64,000 nt of DNA from an uncultured Methanosarcinales archaeon (GTDB lineage Archaea > Nanobdellota > Nanobdellia > Woesearchaeales > ARS49). This document shows positions 1 through 9,164 of this stretch, piece after piece (within the stretch, counting starts at the first letter, position 1; the number at the start of each line of letters is the position of its first letter). The DNA lies in the NCBI GenBank assembly GCA_964617195.1, contig CAZTVK010000019.1, positions 144,793 to 208,792 on the forward strand, read 5' to 3'. Below the pieces are notes generated by a model, which was given only the letters and a program-made list of their open reading frames with translations, was not told the origin of the DNA and searched no databases. Position numbers and translations under genes: made by a program.

Positions 1-235
1 AGGAGCAGGCAGACTCGAAAAACCAATGCTCAAAGCAGGAGTCAAACATTTCAGAAAGAGAATGACCAACAAGCGCTGGCCAAACCCAAGCGCTGCAGCA
101 CAAAACGCAGTTGACCATCCATACGGAAACAAAAGAACAAGCAGAAAAGCAAAGAACAAATCAGTCGGACACTTCGCACCACCAGGAAGAAAAGTCGGAA
201 AACTCTGGCCACGAAGAACAGGAAGGAGCAAATAA
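1..235 (+). CDS. rpl2: 50S ribosomal protein L2 (uL2), C-terminal fragment; gene starts upstream of window
   Basis: Frame 2 translation '...NAVDHPYGNKRT...' matches conserved uL2 C-terminal motif (NPVDHPHGGGEG-like); immediately precedes rps19 as in all archaea. Confidence 0.85.
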   Translation, partial: GAGRLEKPMLKAGVKHFRKRMTNKRWPNPSAAAQNAVDHPYGNKRTSRKAKNKSVGHFAPPGRKVGKLWPRRTGRSK

Positions 236-616
236 ATGGCTAAAGAATACTTTTACCGCGGAAAAAACATCAACGAGCTCGTGAAAATGAGCATTGAAGA
301 CTTCGCAAAACTAGTTCCATCACGAGAAAGACGAAAAATAAAACGCGGATTCACAGAAGCAGAGAAAACACTGCTCGCAGACATCAGATCAAACCCGAAA
401 GACATCAAAACACACGCAAGAGACATGATGATACTGCCAGAAATGATAGGAAAAATAATCAAAGTCTACAACGGCAAAGAATGGATACAAGTACTGATAG
501 AAGCAGACATGCTAGCCCACAGACTAGGAGAGTTTTCCCAAACACGAAAACAAGTCAGACACAGCGCACCAGGAATCGGAGCAACAAGAAGCAGCGCATC
601 ACTATCGGTGAGATAA
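236..616 (+). CDS. rps19: 30S ribosomal protein S19 (uS19)
   Basis: ORF translation with 'HARDMMILPEMIGKIIKVYNGKEW' S19 signature; operon position after L2. Confidence 0.95.
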   Translation: MAKEYFYRGKNINELVKMSIEDFAKLVPSRERRKIKRGFTEAEKTLLADIRSNPKDIKTHARDMMILPEMIGKIIKVYNGKEWIQVLIEADMLAHRLGEFSQTRKQVRHSAPGIGATRSSASLSVR

Positions 617-1105
617 ATGGCATACACATACTCAACACAACCAATAGAAAACAGCGCGAAAGCAGTTGGGTTAGCTTTGCCGATCTCACGCAAACAATGC
701 GTAAACATATGCAACACTCTCCGAGGAATGAACGTGCAAAAAGCCAAGAAACTGCTCGAGCAAGTCATTGACAAGAAAAAAGCAATATCGTACACAGTCT
801 ACAACAAAAACACAGGACACAAAGCAGGAATGGGACCAGGAAGCTATCCAGTCACAGCATGCCAAAACATACTAGGACTACTAAAAAGCGCAGAAGCAAA
901 CGCGCAATTCAAAGGACTTAGCACAGGTAACCTAGTAATCAGAAACGCCAGCGCGCAAAAAGGACCAAGCACATATCACTTCGGAAGACAAAGAACAAAA
1001 GCGAAAAGAACACACGTAGAACTAGTGTTAGAAGAAGTCAAAGAGGCAAAGACGACCAAAGTTCGCCGAGCCTCTTCATCAAAAGACACAGAGGCAAAGA
1101 AATGA
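617..1105 (+). CDS. rpl22: 50S ribosomal protein L22 (uL22)
   Basis: 'LPISRKQCVNICNTLRGMNVQKAKKLLEQVI' uL22 motif; operon order. Confidence 0.93.
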   Translation: MAYTYSTQPIENSAKAVGLALPISRKQCVNICNTLRGMNVQKAKKLLEQVIDKKKAISYTVYNKNTGHKAGMGPGSYPVTACQNILGLLKSAEANAQFKGLSTGNLVIRNASAQKGPSTYHFGRQRTKAKRTHVELVLEEVKEAKTTKVRRASSSKDTEAKK

Positions 1106-1758
1106 TAGAAAGAAAATTCATCGCGGAAAAACTCAAAGAATACCAAATCCAAGAATTCATCTCACAGTCATTGAAAAATGTCGGGCATTCACACACCAAA
1201 CTAATTAGAACACCACTAGGAGAGAAAGTAGTAATCTACGCCAGCAGACCAGGACTTGTCGTCGGAAGAAAAGGAGAAAACATCAAGAAACTCACGAACA
1301 CGCTCAAGAAAAAATTCAACCTCGAAAACCCGCAAATCGAGATAGCAGAAGTAGAAAATCCAAACATGGACTCGCAGATAGTAGCAGAAAGAATCGCGAG
1401 CACAATAGAAAGATTCGGCATCCAAAAGTTCAAAGCAATAGGCCACAAAACAATGATGGACGTCATGAACGCAGGAGCGCTCGGAATTGAAATCCTCATC
1501 TCAGGAAAAGTCCCAAGCCAAAGAGCCAAGACATGGCGTTTCAACCAAGGCTACCTGAAAAAATGCGGAAACATCGCAATCGAAGGCGTCAAACGCGCAC
1601 AAGCAGTATCCATCATGAAAACAGGAGAAATAGGAATACAAGTCGCAATAATGCCTCCAACCATCAAGCTTCCAGACAACATCGAAGTCAAAAAGAAAGA
1701 AGCGCCAGCAGAAAAACCAGCTGAGAAAAAACCGGAAAAAATAGAGGCTAAGAAATGA
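1102..1758 (+). CDS. rps3: 30S ribosomal protein S3 (uS3), KH domain, Lys-rich C-tail
   Basis: KH-domain 'VVGRKGENIKKL' and uS3 C-domain; 4-nt overlap with rpl22. Confidence 0.95.
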   Translation: MIERKFIAEKLKEYQIQEFISQSLKNVGHSHTKLIRTPLGEKVVIYASRPGLVVGRKGENIKKLTNTLKKKFNLENPQIEIAEVENPNMDSQIVAERIASTIERFGIQKFKAIGHKTMMDVMNAGALGIEILISGKVPSQRAKTWRFNQGYLKKCGNIAIEGVKRAQAVSIMKTGEIGIQVAIMPPTIKLPDNIEVKKKEAPAEKPAEKKPEKIEAKK

Positions 1759-2000
1759 AAGTCAAAGAATTGCGCACACTTGGCGAACCGGAACTCAAAC
1801 AGAAAATGACAGAACTATACAAGGAACTCATAAAAGACAACGCCCAAGTCGCAACCGGCACAATCCCGAAAAATCCAAGCAAGCTGAGACTTGCAAAGAA
1901 AACAATCGCGAGAATAAAAACACTGCTCGCACAGAAACAGGTTTCGCCAGCACAGACTGGCGGCACCTCTTCAAAATTGGAGGCACGGAAGCAGGCATGA
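1755..2000 (+). CDS. rpl29: 50S ribosomal protein L29 (uL29)
   Basis: 'MKVKELRTLGEPELKQKMTELYKEL' typical uL29. Confidence 0.92.
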   Translation: MKVKELRTLGEPELKQKMTELYKELIKDNAQVATGTIPKNPSKLRLAKKTIARIKTLLAQKQVSPAQTGGTSSKLEARKQA

Positions 2001-2302
2001 CTGTATGTGTCACGTGTGGCTTACCAAAAGAGCTATGCGTTTGCGAAAGCATTGCCAGAGAGAGCCAGAAAATCATCGTGCGGGTTGAAGCGAAAAAATT
2101 CAACAAAATGTACACGGTGATCGAAGGCATTGATCAAAAGGAAATCGACCTCGACCAGCTCGCCAAAAAACTCAAAGCGAAACTGGCATGCGGAGGAACG
2201 ATCAAAGAAAACAGGATCGAACTCCAGGGCGAACACAAACAAAAAGCAAAGCAAATCCTCATCGAAGCGGGATTTGCACCAGAAACAATCATAATCAAGT
2301 AG
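1997..2302 (+). CDS. translation initiation factor aSUI1 / eIF1 family
   Basis: 'CVCESIARESQKIIVRVEAKKFNKMYTVIEGID...LAKKLKAKLACGGTIKENRIELQGEH' SUI1 fold signature; embedded in r-protein operon as in euryarchaea. Confidence 0.9.
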   Translation: MTVCVTCGLPKELCVCESIARESQKIIVRVEAKKFNKMYTVIEGIDQKEIDLDQLAKKLKAKLACGGTIKENRIELQGEHKQKAKQILIEAGFAPETIIIK

Positions 2303-2303
2303 C

Positions 2304-2558
2304 ATGAATACAAACGTTATTCATGCGGAATGGACCGGCAAACACGCACGCGTCACAACAGCATCCAACAAAAGCCTTAACGGCATGGAAGGAGTTGTTG
2401 TGGACGAAACCCGCAACACAGTAATAATAGAGACTGAGAAGGGAGTGAAACGCGTGCCGAAACACGGCACGGTGTTTGAAATAGACGGGCACGAGGTAAT
2501 AGGGGATGAAGTCCTTGTGCCGCCGGAAGAAAGAATCAAACTATCCAAGGTGAACTAA
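2304..2558 (+). CDS. rnp1: RNase P protein component 1 (Rpp29/Pop4)
   Basis: 'LNGMEGVVVDETRNTVIIETEKG' Rpp29 Sm-like barrel motif; conserved position between L29 and S17. Confidence 0.8.
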   Translation: MNTNVIHAEWTGKHARVTTASNKSLNGMEGVVVDETRNTVIIETEKGVKRVPKHGTVFEIDGHEVIGDEVLVPPEERIKLSKVN

Positions 2559-2903
2559 ATGGAAACAATCAGAACGAGAGGAAGAACATTTACAGCAACC
2601 GTAGTAGAGGCCAGAATGCAAGAAACAGCAACAGTAGAATGGCTAAGAAGAAAATACACGACAAAATACGAAAGATACATGACGGCAAAAACAAGCATCA
2701 AAGCTCACAATCCAAAAACAATAGACGCCAAAAAAGGCGACATAGTCAAAATAATGGAATGCACTCCGATCAGCAAGACAAAACACTTCATAATAATCGA
2801 AAAAGTAGGCCACGAAAAACTATTCGTAGCAAAACAAGAACTAATGGAAGAATCAAGGGTCAAGAAAGAGAATAAGGAAGAGGCAAAAGATGAAAGGAGT
2901 TAA
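2559..2903 (+). CDS. rps17: 30S ribosomal protein S17 (uS17)
   Basis: OB-fold uS17 sequence 'GRTFTATVVEARMQETATVEW...HNPKTIDAKKGDIVKIMECTPISKTKHF'. Confidence 0.93.
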   Translation: METIRTRGRTFTATVVEARMQETATVEWLRRKYTTKYERYMTAKTSIKAHNPKTIDAKKGDIVKIMECTPISKTKHFIIIEKVGHEKLFVAKQELMEESRVKKENKEEAKDERS

Positions 2904-3291
2904 AGCGAGACTAACCAGAGGACTCCCGCACACAGCAAACGTGCTCGCGTGCGACAACAGCGGAGCAAGAATACTCAGAATCATCAGCGTAAAAAATGCC
3001 AAAACGGTAAAAGGCAGAAAACCAAGCGCGTCAGTCGGAGATTATGTAATGTGCTCAGTTGTTGAAGGCAAACCAGAGATGAGAAAACAAGTAGTCGCGG
3101 CAATCATAGTAAGACAGCGCATGCCATACAGAAGACTTGACGGAGTGAGAATCAGATTTGAAGATAATGCAGCAGTCGTCATAAAAGACGAAATGGGAAA
3201 CCCAAAAGGAACCATGATCAAAGGACCAATAGCAAAAGAAGCAGCAGACAGATGGCCTCTAGTGGCTAAAATAGCAGGAATGATAGTATGA
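2890..3291 (+). CDS. rpl14: 50S ribosomal protein L14 (uL14)
   Basis: 'ANVLACDNSGARILRIISV...RRLDGVRIRFEDNAAVVI' uL14. Confidence 0.95.
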   Translation: MKGVKARLTRGLPHTANVLACDNSGARILRIISVKNAKTVKGRKPSASVGDYVMCSVVEGKPEMRKQVVAAIIVRQRMPYRRLDGVRIRFEDNAAVVIKDEMGNPKGTMIKGPIAKEAADRWPLVAKIAGMIV

Positions 3292-3653
3292 AATGGAACA
3301 CATCGTTTAGCGCAAGCGTGAAACCGAGCAAACAACGCAAATATGTACGCAACGCGCCATTACATGTACGCAACACTTTTTTGGGAAGCCACTTGTCAAA
3401 AGACCTCAGACAAAAACTCAAGATGAGAGCAATCAGAGTAAGAAAAGGAGACAAAGTCAAAGTCCTCAGAGGACAATACAAAGGCAAAACAGGCACTGTT
3501 GACAGAGTAGACACGGAAAGAATGAAAGTATTCATCACAGGAATAGAGTTCACAAAAAAAGACGGCAGCAAATCAATCTACCCAGTGCACCCATCAAAAA
3601 TCATGATACAAGAATTACACGTAGACAAACGAAGACTAGGTGAACAGAAATGA
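3288..3653 (+). CDS. rpl24: 50S ribosomal protein L24 (uL24), KOW
   Basis: KOW motif 'RVRKGDKVKVLRGQYKGKTGTV'. Confidence 0.93.
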   Translation: MKWNTSFSASVKPSKQRKYVRNAPLHVRNTFLGSHLSKDLRQKLKMRAIRVRKGDKVKVLRGQYKGKTGTVDRVDTERMKVFITGIEFTKKDGSKSIYPVHPSKIMIQELHVDKRRLGEQK

Positions 3654-4327
3654 GCAGACATCTGAAAGCATACGCAGCACCAAAGAGCTGGACGCTCCTA
3701 AGAAAGATAACCAAATGGATACTCAGACCGCAACCAGGAAAGCACACGCTCTTACAATCATTGCCAATAGGATTACTACTCAAACAGCTCGGAGTAGCGC
3801 AAACAACAAGAGAAGCCAAAAAAATAGTCAATGACAAAGCAGTGCTTGTCGACTGCAAAATAATCAAGGACATACACCAAGGAGTAGGCTTCATGGACAC
3901 AATACAAGTAAAGCCGAACATCACACTCAGATGCACACTTGACGAAAAAGGAAGACTGAAATTCACAACCATACCAGCAGGCGAGCTCAACAAAAAAGTC
4001 TGCAGAATCACAGGCAAACACACCGTACCAGGAGGAAAAACACAATTGAACCTCTCAGACGGCAGAAACATACTCAGCGACAAAAAAGAATACGCTGTCG
4101 GAGACAGCCTGCTAATAGAAACGCCAGAACAGAAAATAGCAGGCCACTTCACACTAGCAAACGGAAGCACCGCATTCCTAACCGGCGGAAAACACACCGG
4201 TGTTATTGGCACAATTGATGACATACAAGGAGAAAGAATCTGGTGCACAGTGGACAAAGAAAAAATCGAAACACTCAAACGATTCGCCTACGTAATCGGC
4301 ACAGACAAACCAGCAGTGAAACTATGA
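3650..4327 (+). CDS. rps4e: 30S ribosomal protein S4e (eS4)
   Basis: 'MSRHLKAYAAPKSWTLLRKITKWILRPQPGKH' eS4 N-terminus; length 225 aa. Confidence 0.95.
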   Translation: MSRHLKAYAAPKSWTLLRKITKWILRPQPGKHTLLQSLPIGLLLKQLGVAQTTREAKKIVNDKAVLVDCKIIKDIHQGVGFMDTIQVKPNITLRCTLDEKGRLKFTTIPAGELNKKVCRITGKHTVPGGKTQLNLSDGRNILSDKKEYAVGDSLLIETPEQKIAGHFTLANGSTAFLTGGKHTGVIGTIDDIQGERIWCTVDKEKIETLKRFAYVIGTDKPAVKL

Positions 4328-4839
4328 ACCCAATGCAACAACCACGGATAGAGAAACTCACGCTCAACATAGGAGCAGGAAAAGACCAAGCCAGGCTCGA
4401 AAAAGGAGTCGCCGTGCTAAAGATGATAACCGGAATAGACCCGATCAAGACAATAACGAGCAAAAGAATCCCAACATGGGGATTGAGACCGGGTTTGCCA
4501 ATCGGCTGCAAGCTAACGCTCAGAAAACAAAAAGCAGTCGAAATCCTCAAACGACTCCTTCAAGCAAAAGACTTCACACTCGCGCCAACACACTTCGACA
4601 ACGCCGGAAACATCAGCTTCGGAATCCACGAATACATAGACATACCAGGCGCCATATACGACCCGAAAATCGGAGTGCTAGGACTCCAAGTCTGCCTGAC
4701 ACTTGAAAAACCAGGATACAGAATCAAAAGGCGAAAAATACAACAGAAAACCATACCAAAAAACCACATGATATCAAAAGAAGAAGCAATGACGTTCATG
4801 CAAAAATCATTCAACGTCAAGGTCGGTGAAAAAGCATGA
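4324..4839 (+). CDS. rpl5: 50S ribosomal protein L5 (uL5)
   Basis: Start ATG at 4324 overlaps rps4e stop (ATGA); '[18 protein letters not shown]...[15 protein letters not shown]' uL5. Confidence 0.92.
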   Translation: MNPMQQPRIEKLTLNIGAGKDQARLEKGVAVLKMITGIDPIKTITSKRIPTWGLRPGLPIGCKLTLRKQKAVEILKRLLQAKDFTLAPTHFDNAGNISFGIHEYIDIPGAIYDPKIGVLGLQVCLTLEKPGYRIKRRKIQQKTIPKNHMISKEEAMTFMQKSFNVKVGEKA

Positions 4840-5066
4840 CAACAAAAGACTGGAAAAAAGCATTCAAACAACTCAAAGCAAAACCGATCAAGCTTAAAAA
4901 ATACATCAAACACAACGCTCCAAAACAAAGAGCAACCGGCCAAGGGCTCAAACGCTGCGGAAGATGCGGACGCTTCGGAGCGCACATATCCAAATATGGA
5001 ATTGGACTGTGCAGATGCTGCTTCAGAGAAGTAGCCACTAAAATAGGATTCAAGAAATACAGCTAG
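4836..5066 (+). CDS. rps14: 30S ribosomal protein S14 type Z (uS14, zinc-binding)
   Basis: '[36 protein letters not shown]' Cys4 S14 C-terminus. Confidence 0.92.
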   Translation: MTTKDWKKAFKQLKAKPIKLKKYIKHNAPKQRATGQGLKRCGRCGRFGAHISKYGIGLCRCCFREVATKIGFKKYS

Positions 5067-5075
5067 GAGGAACAA

Positions 5076-5465
5076 ATGTCAAACGATCCATTAGCAGACG
5101 TGATGTCGTCGATCATAACATATGAGAAAACCGGCAAACGCGAACTAACAATCCACCCAGTCAGCAAAATAATCAGAAGAGTGCTATCAATCATGCAAGA
5201 GCACGGGTACACAGGAGCATTAGAAGACCTCAGCGAAGGAAGAGGCGGATTCGCAAAACTCAACCTAATGGGAAATGTCAACCTATGCGGAGTCATAAAG
5301 CCAAGATTTTCAATCCAAAAACACGATTTCATCAAATTCGAAAAACGATACCTGCCAGCAAACGGAGTAGGCATACTAATATTAAGCACGCCGCACGGGC
5401 TCATGACACACGAACAGGCAAGAGAAAAAGGAATAGGAGGAAGGCTGATAGCTTACTGCTACTAA
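5076..5465 (+). CDS. rps8: 30S ribosomal protein S8 (uS8)
   Basis: 'DPLADVMSSIITYEKTGKRELTIHPVSKIIRRVLSIMQEHGY' uS8; SD 'aggagg' upstream. Confidence 0.95.
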   Translation: MSNDPLADVMSSIITYEKTGKRELTIHPVSKIIRRVLSIMQEHGYTGALEDLSEGRGGFAKLNLMGNVNLCGVIKPRFSIQKHDFIKFEKRYLPANGVGILILSTPHGLMTHEQAREKGIGGRLIAYCY

Positions 5466-6013
5466 TGACAAAATATGAAAACACAACAGAACTGCCGAAT
5501 GGAGTCACGGCAACAATTGCAGACGGGCTAATGACAATCAAAGGACCGAAAGGCGAATCAAACAGAAACATGAAAGACCCGCAAATACAAATCAAACAAG
5601 CCGGAAACAATATCACCTTTTCAGCAGAAACAGATACTAAAAGACGAATACGAGTCATCAACAGCCTCGCAGCACACCTCAAAAACATGATAAAAGGAGT
5701 CCAAGAACCATACCAATACAGACTCAAAATATGCAGCGGACACTTCCCAATGAACGTATCAATAAGCGGAGACCAGTTCATAGTCAAGAACTTCCTAGGC
5801 GAAAAATGCCCACGCACACTCAAACTCAAAAAAGGCGCCACCGTAAAAATCGAAGGCGACCAGATACTTGTTGAAAGCCCGAACAAAGAATTAGCGGGAC
5901 AACAAGCAAGCGACATTGAGCTGATCACAGCAAAAAGAAACAGAGACCTGCGCGTCTTCCAAGACGGAATCTACATGATTGAGAAAGCAGGAGAGAAAAT
6001 CGGGGAAACATGA
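5465..6013 (+). CDS. rpl6: 50S ribosomal protein L6 (uL6)
   Basis: ATG at 5465 overlapping rps8 stop (TAATG); 'MTKYENTTELPNGVTATIADGLMTIKGPKGE' uL6 repeats; longer upstream ORF extension rejected. Confidence 0.9.
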   Translation: MTKYENTTELPNGVTATIADGLMTIKGPKGESNRNMKDPQIQIKQAGNNITFSAETDTKRRIRVINSLAAHLKNMIKGVQEPYQYRLKICSGHFPMNVSISGDQFIVKNFLGEKCPRTLKLKKGATVKIEGDQILVESPNKELAGQQASDIELITAKRNRDLRVFQDGIYMIEKAGEKIGET

Positions 6014-6573
6014 CAACAAAAAAATTACTTACGCTCAGAAAAGAAATAAGCAAGAGAAGGCCTGAATTCGTTATGCAGGACCAGCATAAGAGACCTGATC
6101 TTCAGATTAGATGGAGAAAACCAAAAGGAATGCACAGCAAGATGCGACACGGAGTCTGGGGCAGGCCGGCATCAGTAAATGTAGGATACAGAGGACCAGC
6201 AGAAGTACGAGGACTGCACAACAGCGGACTCGCAATGGTATTAGTGCAGAACGCCGAGCAAGCAGCGAGACTTGACTCGAAAACACAAGGCGCAGTCATA
6301 GCACACGTCGGCGGAAAAAAGAAAACACAGATCCTGCAAGCGTGCAAACAAAAAGGAATAACAGTACTCAACGTCAAAAATGTAGACCAAGAAATACAAA
6401 AGCTGACAGATGCGGTCTCGGCAAGAAAAGAAAATAAAAAAACTGCAGACCAGCGCAAAGCATCAAAGGTAAAAACCGCTCCAAAGAAAGAAGAAAAGAA
6501 AGAGACAGAAGAACCTGTAACAAAAGAGCAGGAACGCAAAGAAATGGAAAAAGTACTGACGAAGAAGGAATAA
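6010..6573 (+). CDS. rpl32e: 50S ribosomal protein L32e (eL32) with Lys/Glu-rich C-terminal extension
   Basis: 'RPDLQIRWRKPKGMHSKMRHGVWGRPASVNVGYRGP' eL32 core. Confidence 0.9.
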   Translation: MTTKKLLTLRKEISKRRPEFVMQDQHKRPDLQIRWRKPKGMHSKMRHGVWGRPASVNVGYRGPAEVRGLHNSGLAMVLVQNAEQAARLDSKTQGAVIAHVGGKKKTQILQACKQKGITVLNVKNVDQEIQKLTDAVSARKENKKTADQRKASKVKTAPKKEEKKETEEPVTKEQERKEMEKVLTKKE

Positions 6574-6574
6574 A

Positions 6575-7021
6575 ATGGAACTACAAAAACGATTAGCATC
6601 ACAAGTGCTCGGATGCGGGCCAAAACGCGTACGCTTTGACCCGACAAAACTCACTGAGATAAAAGAAGCAATCACTACATTCGACGTCACAAGACTAATC
6701 AACAAGGGAATCGTTTACAGAATACAAGCAAAAGGCGTCAGCAGAGCACGAGCCAAAAAAATCGCCATGCAAAAAAGCAAAGGAAGACGAGCAGGGCACG
6801 GTTCGCGCAAAGGCAAAGCAAACGCACGATTAAACCAAAAAGACCACTGGATAAACAGCGTAAGAACACAGAGAACACTCATCAAGAAATTACGTGAGAA
6901 CGACATCGTCGACAAAACAAACTTCAGAGCCCTCTACAGAAAAGTTAAAGGAGGATTCTTCAGAAGCACAAAACACATCAAAATCTTCATACAAGAACAA
7001 GATATGATTAGGAAGAAATAA
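6575..7021 (+). CDS. rpl19e: 50S ribosomal protein L19e (eL19)
   Basis: 'MELQKRLASQVLGCGPKRVRFDP' eL19 N-terminus. Confidence 0.93.
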   Translation: MELQKRLASQVLGCGPKRVRFDPTKLTEIKEAITTFDVTRLINKGIVYRIQAKGVSRARAKKIAMQKSKGRRAGHGSRKGKANARLNQKDHWINSVRTQRTLIKKLRENDIVDKTNFRALYRKVKGGFFRSTKHIKIFIQEQDMIRKK

Positions 7022-7023
7022 CC

Positions 7024-7593
7024 ATGGCAAGCATCTACACAGTAAAGTACAGAAGAAAGCGGGACGGTTTGACAGACTACAAGAAAAGAATGAAGCTCCT
7101 GCTAGGAAGCAAACCGCGCCTCGTAGTGAGAAAAAGCCTCAAAAACATCACACTACAACTAATAGAATTCCAACCAAAAGGAGACAAAGTAATCATAACA
7201 GCCAGCTCAAAAGAACTCTCAAAACACGGATGGAAAGCAAGCACTGGAAACATCAGCGCAGCGTACCTAACAGGATACCTGCTTGCAAAGAAAGCAAAAG
7301 CGCAAACAGAATGCGTGCTTGACATAGGCCAATACACCAGCGTCAAAGGATGCACACTATACGCAGCAGCACAAGGCGCACTCGAAGGCGGATTAAAAGT
7401 ACCAATATCAAAAGAAATCGTGCCAAACATGCAGCGAATAAGAGGAGAACACATCGCAGCATACGCGAAACAACTCAAAAAGGATAAAGACCGATACCAA
7501 AAACAATTCGCAAAATACATCAAAGCAGGACTAGACCCAGAAACACTCCCAGCACACTTTGACCAAGTCAAAAAATCAATAGGTGGACAATGA
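7024..7593 (+). CDS. rpl18: 50S ribosomal protein L18 (uL18)
   Basis: 'YRRKRDGLTDYKKRMKLLLGSKPRLVVRKS' uL18/L5e family. Confidence 0.93.
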   Translation: MASIYTVKYRRKRDGLTDYKKRMKLLLGSKPRLVVRKSLKNITLQLIEFQPKGDKVIITASSKELSKHGWKASTGNISAAYLTGYLLAKKAKAQTECVLDIGQYTSVKGCTLYAAAQGALEGGLKVPISKEIVPNMQRIRGEHIAAYAKQLKKDKDRYQKQFAKYIKAGLDPETLPAHFDQVKKSIGGQ

Positions 7594-8390
7594 ACGAAGA
7601 GAAACCAGCTGAAGAAGAAGAAAAAATAGAAGTAGTGGAAAAAGACGTAATAACGGAACTTCCAGAAATAGAAACAGAGACCAAGCCAGAAGTAAAAATC
7701 AACGTTGAAGGCTGGACACCAAAAACGTCAGTCGGAAAAAAAGTCAGATCAGGAGAAATAACGAACATCGATTCCATACTGGACAACGGAATTCCAATAC
7801 TCGAAGAACAAATCGTCGACATACTGCTGCCAAACCTACAATCAGAACTCCTCATGATAGGACAAAGCAAAGGTAAATTCGGAGGAGGTTCCAAGAGAAT
7901 ATTCAGACAAACCCAAAAGAAAACTCCAGAAGGAAACAAACCAAGCTTTGCATGCATGGCTGTTGTTGGAAATTCTGACGGATACGTAGGAGTCGGATAC
8001 GGCAAAAGCAAAGACACAGTTCCAGCACGAGAAAAAGCGATCAGGAACGCCAAACTCAACCTTTTCAAAATAAGAAGAGGAGCAGGCAGTTGGGAAGACG
8101 CGACCTCGGAACCACACAGCATACCCTGGCAAGTCAAAGGAAAATGCGGATCAGTCAGAATAATACTCATGCCCGCACCAAAAGGCAAAGGACTCATCAT
8201 AGAGCAAGAATGCGCAAAAATACTGAAGCTTGCAGGCATTGAAAACGTTTACAGCAAAACCTTCGGACAAACACGCGCGAAAGTAAACGTCGTAACAGCA
8301 TGCATAGACGCACTCAAACAACTAAACATGTTCAAACCAAGACCAGCACATATCAAAGCGGTGTACATGATAGAAGGGAGGAAAGCATGA
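7590..8390 (+). CDS. rps5: 30S ribosomal protein S5 (uS5) with acidic N-terminal extension
   Basis: dsRBD-like and S5 C-domain 'GKGLIIEQECAKILKLAGIENVYSKTFGQTRAKVNVVTA'. Confidence 0.93.
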   Translation: MNEEKPAEEEEKIEVVEKDVITELPEIETETKPEVKINVEGWTPKTSVGKKVRSGEITNIDSILDNGIPILEEQIVDILLPNLQSELLMIGQSKGKFGGGSKRIFRQTQKKTPEGNKPSFACMAVVGNSDGYVGVGYGKSKDTVPAREKAIRNAKLNLFKIRRGAGSWEDATSEPHSIPWQVKGKCGSVRIILMPAPKGKGLIIEQECAKILKLAGIENVYSKTFGQTRAKVNVVTACIDALKQLNMFKPRPAHIKAVYMIEGRKA

Positions 8391-8728
8391 ACATAGCAAT
8401 AGTGCGCGTCAGAGGAAATGTACGCATCACACATCAAGTACGTGACACGTTCAGAATGCTTGGACTACTCAAGAAAAACCACTGCACGATAATAGAAGAC
8501 CAGCCACAATTACTCGGCATGCTCAAAATAGTGGAACCACATATTACTTGGGGGCCAGTCGATGAAAAAACACTCTCTACACTTCAAGAGAAAGGCGGAA
8601 AAGTCTTCACTCTAAACCCACCGCGAAAAGGATACGGAAGAAAAGGAGTAAAGCTCCCATTTTCATTGGGCGGAGCTACTGGCAATCGCAAAGAGAAAAT
8701 CAATGATTTACTAATGAGGATGATTTAA
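8387..8728 (+). CDS. rpl30: 50S ribosomal protein L30 (uL30)
   Basis: ATG at 8387 overlapping rps5 stop; 'MNIAIVRVRGNVRITHQVRDTFRMLGL' uL30 ferredoxin-like. Confidence 0.9.
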   Translation: MNIAIVRVRGNVRITHQVRDTFRMLGLLKKNHCTIIEDQPQLLGMLKIVEPHITWGPVDEKTLSTLQEKGGKVFTLNPPRKGYGRKGVKLPFSLGGATGNRKEKINDLLMRMI

Positions 8729-8729
8729 A

Positions 8730-9164
8730 ATGGTAGTCAAACGACGCAAAAAATCCTCACGCCAGTGCAAAACACACGGCTGGGGAGCAAACAAGCACCG
8801 AAACTCAGGAATGAGAGGCGGATACGGTAATGCAGGCACTGGAAAGAAGTCACACAACAAAAAGCCAAGCATCTGGGCAACAGACTACTTCGGAAAACAC
8901 GGATTCGTAACACAAAGACCAGGACAACGCGTCCGCGCGATAAACCTGCGAGACGTAGAAGATAGACTGCCAGTCTGGCTTGAAGAAAAACACGCGAAAC
9001 AAGAAGCAGGCATGATTGTTCTAGATTTAGAGGAACTAGGCTATAACAAACTACTAAGCACAGGCAAGCTGACCAAAAAAATAAAGATAACTGTTGCAGC
9101 AGCCACTGTAGGCACAGCAGAAAAAATAAAAGCAGCCGGCGGCGAGCTTGTGGTGAAAGAATAA
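8730..9164 (+). CDS. rpl15: 50S ribosomal protein L15 (uL15)
   Basis: 'KTHGWGANKHRNSGMRGGYGNAGTGKKSHNK' uL15. Confidence 0.93.
   Translation: MVVKRRKKSSRQCKTHGWGANKHRNSGMRGGYGNAGTGKKSHNKKPSIWATDYFGKHGFVTQRPGQRVRAINLRDVEDRLPVWLEEKHAKQEAGMIVLDLEELGYNKLLSTGKLTKKIKITVAAATVGTAEKIKAAGGELVVKE

Noticed and set aside
26-235. Stand-alone 69-aa ORF at the window start
   Set aside because: It is the 3' end of rpl2. The frame is open to position 2 and the translation matches the conserved uL2 C-terminus.
5285-5464. N-terminal extension of the rpl6 ORF overlapping rps8
   Set aside because: The extension is out of frame with S8 and has no L6 homology. The ATG at 5465 right after the S8 stop gives the canonical uL6 N-terminus.
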